DNA of 4,592 nucleotides from a virus (Duplodnaviria; Heunggongvirae; Uroviricota; Caudoviricetes): IMG/VR virus record IMGVR_UViG_2693429622_000012; one strand, 5' to 3'. Shown piece by piece: positions 1 to 4,592 of this stretch (position 1 is its first letter; each line of letters starts with the position of its first letter). The notes under the pieces were generated by a model. It saw only the letters and a program-made list of their open reading frames with translations, ran no database searches and was not told where the DNA came from. The position numbers and the translations under genes were made by a program.

Positions 1-54
1 AGCGAGCGACTCATAATCGCCAGGTCGCTGGTTCAAATCCAGCAAGGGCCACCA
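1..54 (+). tRNA. ileZ: tRNA-Ile(CAU), 3' portion only (5' end lies outside the window)
   Basis: Identical to the 3' two-thirds of the intact tRNA at 1905-1980: anticodon loop cTCATAAt (anticodon CAT), T-arm gctgg-ttcaaat-ccagc, acceptor 3' strand aagggcc, discriminator A, encoded CCA at 52-54. Ile (lysidine) rather than Met is inferred from recalled resemblance to E. coli ileX/ileY. Confidence 0.8.
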
Positions 55-61
55 TCACAAA

Positions 62-141
62 CCGCCATTAGCTTATCAGGAAGAGCAGACGACACGATAA
101 CAGGGTTGTTGGTGCGGGGGCGGGTCCCCGATGGCGGTCCA
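62..141 (+). pseudogene. Degenerate tRNA-Arg-like remnant (argN-type), probably non-functional
   Basis: Acceptor stem (ccgccat/atggcgg), D-arm and 3' end match the intact tRNA-Arg(UCG) at 1988-2064, but the central ~45 nt differ. No 5-bp/7-nt/5-bp anticodon arm can be drawn, and the T-loop is 6 nt (gcgggt) without the TTC motif. Confidence 0.45.
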
Positions 142-154
142 TTATCGGTATTCA

Positions 155-231
155 GCGTTGTTAGCTCAGCCGGACAGAGCAATTGCCTTCTAAGCAATCG
201 GTCACTGGTTCGAATCCAGTACAGCGCGCCA
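155..231 (+). tRNA. argO: tRNA-Arg(UCU)
   Basis: Full cloverleaf by hand: acceptor gcgttgt/acagcgc (one G-U pair), D-stem gctc/gagc, anticodon stem attgc/gcaat with loop cTTCTAa (anticodon TCT), T-arm actgg-ttcgaat-ccagt, discriminator G, encoded CCA. One substitution relative to the copy at 2078-2154. Confidence 0.85.
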
Positions 232-341
232 TATTCATTCTTCCAGATTCCTTCCGGCAGAGCCTTATACTGAAATATACCTGGCTCAGGATATTGTTGA
301 AAATATTTTATGTTTGTCAAAAATAAAAGTTCTGTTAAGTA

Positions 342-695
342 TTGATTGAGTGTTTGTTATACGGTCTAATGGTTTTTTCAGCATTAAATATTTATCATTC
401 ATATGGTGTGGGTAGAGTGAATATTGATGAGGCGTCGGGGTGTTTCATCCTTAGGCAGCGTATTGATATAGTCAATGCAGCACGAGCAAAGGCCTTCAGC
501 CGTTTGACAGTTTTGTTCTGTACTCCTGATCGTCTTTCGGGAAGAGACGTTATTATTCTGAATAGTGATGCTATACAGAGGGTTTGCGATGAGTTCATGG
601 TTGCTAATTCAGAATTATTTGCTCTTGTTCAGGAGTACAACAGAATAGCCAGGACCTGTGGTATGGATGAACTTCGGATTACTCATCTGGGGTAG
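342..695 (+). CDS. Hypothetical protein, cargo (moron) candidate, no recognisable family
   Basis: 117-codon ORF (TTG at 342; in-frame alternatives ATG 369, GTG 408, GTG 417, the last with a GGTG/GGGT Shine-Dalgarno-like stretch upstream). Immediately downstream of tRNA-Arg with no terminator in between. Lies inside a segment absent from the paralogous locus at 2155-2188. Start codon uncertain and no homology recognised. Confidence 0.4.
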   Translation: MIECLLYGLMVFSALNIYHSYGVGRVNIDEASGCFILRQRIDIVNAARAKAFSRLTVLFCTPDRLSGRDVIILNSDAIQRVCDEFMVANSELFALVQEYNRIARTCGMDELRITHLG

Positions 696-775
696 ATACA
701 TATCTGGATTATCACCTGTTACGGTAAAAAGTGATTGCTTACTGTTTTTGTGAATGGCATTGCAGCAGCCGGATA

Positions 776-862
776 ATGTCAGTGCTGGCTGACGGTGTGC
801 TGGTGGCGGGTGTGGTGGTTGTTGCTTTCCCGTTGCTGAAAAAGAAAACGCCAGACTGTTAG
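776..862 (+). CDS. Speculative small hydrophobic peptide ORF (28 aa, MSVLADGVLVAGVVVVAFPLLKKKTPDC)
   Basis: ATG at 776, stop TAG at 860-862. One hydrophobic stretch followed by KKK, typical of small single-pass membrane peptides. Weak ribosome-binding site; could be a chance ORF in G/T-rich sequence that also contains a Chi octamer. Confidence 0.15.
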   Translation: MSVLADGVLVAGVVVVAFPLLKKKTPDC

Positions 863-885
863 CCGGGTATCAGTTAGCGGGAGAA

Positions 886-994
886 ATTTTTAAATACTTC
901 ACAATTCAGGCGGTTGACTGTTGTCTGGTTTGCGGGGAGTTTGTTAAAAGAAACTGGCATGGTGAATCCCCCTGTGCGGAGGGGCAATCAGCGA
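886..994 (+). repeat. Conserved non-coding block A, copy 1 (runs into the N gap)
   Basis: About 109 bp, near-identical with a few substitutions to 2189-2297 (tttttaaat...cacaattcagRcggttgacWgttgtctg...ggtgaatccccctgtgcggaggggcaatcagcga). Contains a consensus-like -35 hexamer (TTGACT here, TTGACA in copy 2) and a short cccct/agggg hairpin. Confidence 0.8.
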
Positions 995-1006
995 NNNNNN
1001 NNNNNN
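995..1006. other. Run of 12 N: assembly or scaffold gap of unknown true length
   Basis: Explicit N characters. The methyltransferase N-terminal region that should precede 1007 is absent, so the gap hides real sequence. Confidence 0.9.
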
Positions 1007-1864
1007 TGGCGGGTGCTGAAACCTGCCGGAAGTCTTTACCTGTTCTGTGGTCATCGCCTGGCATCTGATATCGAAATCATGATGCGTGAACGCTTCAGTG
1101 TGCTGAACCATATTATCTGGGCGAAGCCGTCCGGACGCTGGAACGGATGCAACAAGGAAAGCCTGCGGGCGTATTTCCCCGCCACAGAGCGCATTCTGTT
1201 CGCGGAACATTATCAGGGGCCGTATCGTCCGAAAGATGCCGGGTATGCGGCGAAGGGCAGTGCACTGAAACAGCATGTGATGGCCCCGCTGATTTCTTAC
1301 TTTCGTGATGCGCGAGCTGCCCTGGGGATAACGGCAAAACAGATTGCAGATGCCACAGGAAAGAAAAACATGGTGTCGCACTGGTTCAGTGCCGGTCAGT
1401 GGCAGTTGCCGAATGAAAGCGATTATCTGAAATTACAGGCGCTGTTTGCCCGGGTGGCAGAAGAGAAGCATCGGCGTGGTGAACTGGAAAAGCTCCACCA
1501 CCAGCTGGTGGATACGTATACCTCACTGAACCGGCAGTATGCGGAGCTGCTGAGTGAATATAAACATCTGCGGCGGTATTTTGGCGTGACGGTGCAGGTG
1601 CCGTATACCGATGTGTGGACGCATAAACCGGTGCAGTTCTATCCCGGGAAACATCCGTGCGAAAAACCGGCAGAAATGCTGCAGCAGATAATCAGCGCTA
1701 GCAGTCGTCCGGGTGACCTGATTGCAGATTTTTTCATGGGGTTGGGTTCGACAGTGAAAGCGGCACTGGCGCTCGGGCGTCGTGCAATTGGCGTTGAGCT
1801 GGAGACTGAACGTTTTGAGCAGACGGTTCGGGAAGTACAGGATTTAGTCAGCCAGAACGGATGA
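1007..1864 (+). CDS. DNA methyltransferase (N6_N4 amino-methyltransferase family, phage orphan methylase type), 5' end lost in the gap
   Basis: Open frame from the gap edge to TGA at 1862-1864. The translation carries the C-terminal AdoMet-binding motif DFFMGLGST (FxGxG) followed by LGRRAIGVELE, plus HPCEKP, both characteristic of PF01555-type beta-class MTases. The catalytic (D/N/S)PP(Y/F) motif expected about 60-100 codons upstream is not in the window. The Met at 914 on the ORF track lies in repeat A and is an artefact of reading across the N run. Confidence 0.85.
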   Translation, partial: WRVLKPAGSLYLFCGHRLASDIEIMMRERFSVLNHIIWAKPSGRWNGCNKESLRAYFPATERILFAEHYQGPYRPKDAGYAAKGSALKQHVMAPLISYFRDARAALGITAKQIADATGKKNMVSHWFSAGQWQLPNESDYLKLQALFARVAEEKHRRGELEKLHHQLVDTYTSLNRQYAELLSEYKHLRRYFGVTVQVPYTDVWTHKPVQFYPGKHPCEKPAEMLQQIISASSRPGDLIADFFMGLGSTVKAALALGRRAIGVELETERFEQTVREVQDLVSQNG

Positions 1865-1904
1865 TATTGAAGAATTAATTACGCGTCGTTATTATGCGGC
1901 TCCC

Positions 1905-1980
1905 GGCCCTTTAGCTCAGTGGTGAGAGCGAGCGACTCATAATCGCCAGGTCGCTGGTTCAAATCCAGCAAGGGCCACCA
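1905..1980 (+). tRNA. ileZ: tRNA-Ile(CAU), intact
   Basis: 76 nt: acceptor ggccctt/aagggcc, D-stem gctc/gagc, anticodon loop cTCATAAt (CAT), T-arm gctgg-ttcaaat-ccagc, discriminator A, CCA encoded. Begins 40 bp after the methylase stop. Confidence 0.85.
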
Positions 1981-1987
1981 TCACATA

Positions 1988-2064
1988 CCGCCATTAGCTC
2001 ATCAGGAAAGAGCGCCAGCCTTCGAAGCTGGCTGCGCGGGGTTCAAGTCCCCGATGGCGGTCCA
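1988..2064 (+). tRNA. argN: tRNA-Arg(UCG), intact
   Basis: 77 nt: acceptor ccgccat/atggcgg, D-stem gctc/gagc, anticodon stem ccagc/gctgg with loop cTTCGAa (TCG), 5-nt variable loop, T-arm cgggg-ttcaagt-ccccg, CCA encoded. Confidence 0.8.
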
Positions 2065-2077
2065 TTATCTGCATCAT

Positions 2078-2154
2078 GCGTTGTTAGCTCAGCCGGACAG
2101 AGCAATTGCCTTCTAAGCAATCGGTCACTGGTTCGAATCCAGTACAACGCGCCA
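2078..2154 (+). tRNA. argO: tRNA-Arg(UCU), intact
   Basis: 77 nt: acceptor gcgttgt/acaacgc fully Watson-Crick, anticodon loop cTTCTAa (TCT), T-arm actgg-ttcgaat-ccagt, discriminator G, CCA encoded. Confidence 0.9.
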
Positions 2155-2168
2155 CACTTATTTTCCCT

Positions 2169-2194
2169 GGCTCGCTTTTGCGGGCCTTTTTTTT
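2169..2194 (+). terminator. Rho-independent terminator closing the tRNA cluster
   Basis: 7-bp GC-rich stem ggctcgc/gcgggcc (one G-U pair), tttt loop, then a T8 run at 2187-2194. The paralogous position after tRNA copy 1 has no such hairpin. Confidence 0.7.
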
Positions 2195-2297
2195 AAATGT
2201 CTCACAATTCAGACGGTTGACAGTTGTCTGTTTTGCGGGGAGTTTGTTAAAAGAAACTGGCATGGTGAATCCCCCTGTGCGGAGGGGCAATCAGCGA
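2189..2297 (+). repeat. Conserved non-coding block A, copy 2
   Basis: Direct repeat of 886-994 with consensus -35 TTGACA at 2216-2221. Candidate late-promoter (pR'-like) leader; no convincing -10 hexamer could be placed by eye. Confidence 0.75.
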
Positions 2298-2352
2298 GTA
2301 GGTATATGGGATAATCGCGGATTCAGGTGCTGGTACTGAATTCACCGGGAGG

Positions 2353-2412
2353 CACCCGGCATCATGCAATGGCACATAGCGCCACTCTCCAGCCCTCTCC
2401 GGAGGGGCTTTT
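2353..2412 (+). repeat. Conserved non-coding block B, copy 1, ending in a hairpin plus TTTT (candidate terminator, tR'-like)
   Basis: cacccggcatcatgcaatggcacatagcgccactctccag then hairpin gccctc-tccg-gagggg(c) at 2392-2408 and tttt at 2409-2412. Homologous to 3744-3801. Confidence 0.55.
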
Positions 2413-2641
2413 CTGTGCCGGATACATCACAGTTTCTGGAACCTTAGGTACTACAGTATCAGTCAGGGTGCTATATTTTCAGATGTGATGAAAGCCTGTC
2501 AGCAGGCAGGGCGTATCGGAAATGACCCAGTAGAGAAAACGTTGACTCAGATACCGGTGCTGAGTTACCGGGAAACCGGCATCACATGACCGCTATCCTG
2601 AGGTGTACTGGCAATAGCGGACACTACCATTTGTTCTTTTT

Positions 2642-3460
2642 TTAAGCAGCCATCTGATGATATTTTTCCCTGAAGGCTGCCGGGGAGATATTCCCCAGAC
2701 GAGAGTGACGACGCTGACGATTGTAGAAAATCTCAATGTATTCCCGTATTACTGAGATGGCTTCATCCCGGTTATTAAAACGATAGTGGCTCAGGCTCTC
2801 ATTTTTCAGCGTTCCCCAGAAGCTTTCCATCGGAGCGTTGTCGTAACAGTTACCTTTACGCGACATTGATGTTTTCAGACCAGACTGCTCCTGTATGACC
2901 CGGTAATCGTATGCGCAGTACTGTGAACCTCGATCAGAGTGGTGGATTAGCCCGGCAGGTGGGCGCTGGCTCCTGAGCGCCATAAACAGGGCTTTACCTG
3001 TCAGCTCTTTTGTCATGCGCTCTCCCATGGCGTAGCCGACAATTTCGCACGTATAAACATCTTTGATGCCAGCGAGGTACAACCATCCCTCCTGTGTGGC
3101 AACATACGTCAGGTCCGCCACCCAGACCTGATTTGGTGCTGTAGGAGCGAACGTCTGGTTCAGCAGATTTGGCGCAACTGGCAGATTGTGGTTCGAGTTC
3201 GTAGTCGCTCTGAACTTGCGTTTCTGCTTACAGCGTAGCCTTAGCTCCTTACGAAGACGTGCCAGTCGGTCACGACCAACGATGATGCCATTCTCTGCCA
3301 GCTCCGTCTGGAGCCGCCGGGTTCCATATGTTTCGCGAGTGCGGATATGTGCCACCTTAATCTCCAGTTTTAGCCGCTCATCACTTTGTTTTCTGTCTGA
3401 GGGTTCATGCTGTACCCAGTTGTAATAACCGCTCCTGGATACACCAAATACCTGACACAT
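2642..3460 (-). CDS. IS3-family transposase OrfB (DDE catalytic domain); expressed as an OrfAB fusion by -1 frameshifting
   Basis: 272-codon ORF with a DDE-integrase-like core (WVADLTYV..., HHSDRGSQY..., ...NAPMESFW...YNRQRRHSRLGNISP). The frame stays open upstream of the first Met to the slippery site, where the -1 frame of OrfA reads ...KKSNSVFCTGVAEKYALIEQWRQQFPIEAMCQVFGV.... Confidence 0.9.
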   Translation of the reverse strand: MCQVFGVSRSGYYNWVQHEPSDRKQSDERLKLEIKVAHIRTRETYGTRRLQTELAENGIIVGRDRLARLRKELRLRCKQKRKFRATTNSNHNLPVAPNLLNQTFAPTAPNQVWVADLTYVATQEGWLYLAGIKDVYTCEIVGYAMGERMTKELTGKALFMALRSQRPPAGLIHHSDRGSQYCAYDYRVIQEQSGLKTSMSRKGNCYDNAPMESFWGTLKNESLSHYRFNNRDEAISVIREYIEIFYNRQRRHSRLGNISPAAFREKYHQMAA

Positions 3461-3495
3461 CGCTTCAATGGGAAATTGTTGTCGCCATTGTTCGA

Positions 3496-3736
3496 TTAAC
3501 GCGTATTTTTCAGCGACTCCTGTGCAAAATACGCTGTTGCTTTTTTTAATATATCTCGCTCAAGGCGAGCTTCATTTAACGCCTTACGCAGTTGCAGAAT
3601 TTCAGATTCCAGTTCAGCCACCGTGCGGGAACCAGGAGTACCGAGCCCTTTTCTGGCGGCGGTAACCCATTGTCCTAAAGTGCCTTCAGGAAGAGATAAT
3701 CGGGAAGCGCCTTCACTGATCGAAAGTTGATTTTCA
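3496..3736 (-). CDS. IS3-family transposase OrfA (helix-turn-helix/leucine-zipper part), N-terminally truncated by the N gap
   Basis: Translation ...ENQLSISEGASRLSLPEGTLGQWVTAARKG...LERDILKKATAYFAQESLKNTR, stop at 3496-3498. The residues the ORF track places upstream of the Ns are encoded by repeat B, not by IS sequence, so they are not part of OrfA. Confidence 0.8.
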
Positions 3737-3743
3737 NNNNNNN
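3737..3743. other. Run of 7 N: gap of unknown true length
   Basis: Explicit Ns. At least the first ~20 OrfA codons and the left IS terminus (roughly 130 bp or more) are missing, and the sequence resumes in non-IS repeat B. Confidence 0.9.
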
Positions 3744-3806
3744 CACCCGGCACCATGCAATGGCACATAGCGCCACTCTCCAGCCCCTCTCCGGAGGGGC
3801 TGTTTA
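3744..3806 (+). repeat. Conserved non-coding block B, copy 2, with a perfect 8-bp hairpin
   Basis: cacccggcaccatgcaatggcacatagcgccactctccag then agcccctc-tccg-gaggggct at 3782-3801. Matches 2353-2408 with one indel in the stem; the downstream sequence diverges but keeps a ttttNcagatgtga motif. Confidence 0.6.
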
Positions 3807-3833
3807 TATTGATTTTGTCAGATGTGAGTAAAC

Positions 3834-3867
3834 TCCTTATGGACTTTGTTGTTTTAGTCCATAAGGA
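3834..3867. repeat. Perfect 12-bp inverted repeat with a 10-nt spacer (hairpin or protein-binding palindrome)
   Basis: tccttatggact (3834-3845), ttgttgtttt, agtccataagga (3856-3867). Overlaps the 3' end of the minus-strand 111-codon ORF. Confidence 0.6.
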
Positions 3868-4172
3868 CATATTTGCAGAGTGCAACGGTTATTAAAGCAT
3901 TCATTCAATACGTTATCTGTATTTGTAGGGCATTCCTGGCTATTTTTGATTGAATTCCAGAATGTTTTATTGAATGGTACTACGTTGTAAATGGTTACAG
4001 GTAGCACTTTGTTATTGAGCATGATGCCTGTGTGAGTCAGTGTAAATATACTTTCAGGAGGTAAGAAAGCATCCGATTGATACCAGATTATTAATTTTAT
4101 TTTACTCCATATGACTGAAAAAGATATTCCGCATGATGGCTGGATAACTGTATCAATCACAATCCACTTCAT
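3837..4172 (-). CDS. Hypothetical protein in an AT-rich island, cargo candidate; may be a chance ORF
   Basis: 111 codons open in visibly AT-rich DNA, where stop codons are frequent by chance. ATG at 4172 is preceded by caaGGAAActaa, a plausible Shine-Dalgarno. No recognisable family; the last ~10 codons are encoded by the 12-bp inverted repeat, which lowers confidence. Confidence 0.3.
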   Translation of the reverse strand: MKWIVIDTVIQPSCGISFSVIWSKIKLIIWYQSDAFLPPESIFTLTHTGIMLNNKVLPVTIYNVVPFNKTFWNSIKNSQECPTNTDNVLNECFNNRCTLQICPYGLKQQSP

Positions 4173-4432
4173 TTAGTTTCCTTGTTTATGCCTTGCTGGT
4201 GATGTTCTGAAAAGTATAAATGATATTTTTGAATGTAAACCATAGAGCAGAATTATTTTTCTGATGTTGTTTATTGTTTATTTAAATGCAGGGTGGTTTA
4301 TATCTCGTCTTGTAGTTTATCCATGCATATCTGCTTGATAATCAGGTTTTTATTTAAGGTATGGTTTTGTGTTTTTTCTGTATTACATGTCAGGTATTTT
4401 AAAGAATTATTTTTCAGATGGTGGAAAGAACC

Positions 4433-4559
4433 ATGGCATTTAAACACTATGATGTTGTCAGGGCGGCGCCGCCGTCAGATCTTGCGGAAAAGCTGACACA
4501 TAAACTGAAAGAGGGCTGGCAGCCGTTTGGTAGTCCGGTGGCCATAACCCCTTATACCC
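4433..4559 (+). pseudogene. 5' fragment of a conserved lambdoid-prophage late-region gene (possibly DUF1737-like), interrupted by an IS insertion
   Basis: ATG at 4433 preceded by ggtggaaagaacc. Translation MAFKHYDVVRAAPPSDLAEKLTHKLKEGWQPFGSPVAITPYT runs straight into the IS3-family terminal repeat at 4560. The family assignment is recollection only. Confidence 0.5.
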
Positions 4560-4592
4560 TGAGGTGTACTGGCAATAGCGGACACTACCATT
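4560..4592 (-). mobile_element. Terminus of a second IS3-family copy, same orientation as the element at 2599; continues beyond the window
   Basis: 33 bp identical to 2599-2631 (tgaggtgtactggcaatagcggacactaccatt); the two preceding bases (cc) are also shared, so the exact IS boundary is uncertain by 1-2 bp. Confidence 0.8.

Larger units (their letters stand above)
2599..3736 (-). mobile_element. IS3-family insertion sequence (IS3-group, IS600-like by recollection), partial: left end and OrfA N-terminus lost in the N gap
   Basis: Terminal inverted repeat TGAGGTGTACTGGCAATAGCGGACAC at 2599 (IS3-like, TG terminus) 43 bp beyond the OrfB stop. OrfA and OrfB are arranged for a -1 frameshift with an A7 slippery run at 3541-3547. 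The same terminus recurs at 4560. Confidence 0.85.

Noticed and set aside
33-320. 95-codon minus-strand ORF overlapping the tRNA cluster
   Set aside because: It lies antisense across three tRNA or tRNA-like genes with no ribosome-binding site; the tRNA structure explains the sequence.
232-900. Shiga toxin stxA/stxB downstream of the tRNA trio
   Set aside because: Specifically looked for because of the genomic context; the only ORF is 117 codons and does not resemble StxA or StxB, and there is no second B-subunit-sized ORF.
914-1006. N-terminal extension of the methylase ORF starting at Met 914 and reading across the N run
   Set aside because: The pre-gap codons are encoded by repeat block A, which is non-coding in its other copy, and the Ns are a gap of unknown size; the reading frame across them is meaningless.
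944-1381. Minus-strand ORFs (145 and 74 codons) inside the methylase gene
   Set aside because: Antisense to a CDS with clear conserved methyltransferase motifs; typical shadow ORFs in GC-rich coding sequence.
2084-2339. ORFs of 68 codons (minus) and 77 codons (plus) across tRNA-Arg, the terminator and block A
   Set aside because: They overlap a structurally intact tRNA and an intrinsic terminator, and block A is non-coding in context.
2488-2589. 33-codon ORF (MKACQQAGRIGNDPV...) just upstream of the IS end
   Set aside because: Short, no convincing ribosome-binding site, no distinctive composition; no reading frame runs into the IS, so there is no evidence of a disrupted gene here.
3186-3665. 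Plus-strand ORFs of 79 and 65 codons inside the IS element
   Set aside because: Antisense to the transposase OrfA/OrfB genes, which have clear IS3-family features.
3744-3885. Upstream part of the ORF-track OrfA ([18 protein letters not shown]... before the XXX)
   Set aside because: Encoded by repeat B and the 12-bp palindrome region, not IS sequence; it is an artefact of reading across the N run.
4293-4496. 67-codon plus-strand ORF overlapping the start of the MAFKHYD gene
   Set aside because: Different frame from the better-supported gene at 4433, low-complexity AT-rich translation, no ribosome-binding site.
1-4592. CRISPR array or rRNA genes
   Set aside because: No regularly spaced short direct repeats and no rRNA-like sequence seen; the repeats present are long tRNA, block A/B and IS duplications.

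Overview
The window reads as mosaic late-region DNA from lambdoid prophage(s) in an E. coli/Shigella-like genome, broken by two N-runs (995-1006, 3737-3743) that hide real sequence. It holds two paralogous copies of the prophage tRNA trio (tRNA-Ile(CAU), tRNA-Arg(UCG), tRNA-Arg(UCU); ileZ-argN-argO type): copy 1 at 1-231 with a degenerate middle tRNA, copy 2 intact at 1905-2154 and followed by a clear intrinsic terminator. Between them sits a 5'-truncated orphan DNA methyltransferase (1007-1864). Two short conserved non-coding blocks are each present twice (A: 886-994 and 2189-2297; B: 2353-2412 and 3744-3806). An IS3-family element lies on the minus strand (2599-3736, OrfA/OrfB with an A7 slippery site) and a second copy begins at 4560, cutting a prophage gene. 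The most interesting parts are two cargo-like regions of unknown function: a ~650-bp insertion after tRNA copy 1 carrying a 117-codon ORF (342-695), absent from the paralogous copy, and an AT-rich island (3886-4430) carrying a 111-codon minus-strand ORF. No stx genes, CRISPR array or rRNA were seen. All calls are from reading the sequence and recalling known families; no database search was run.
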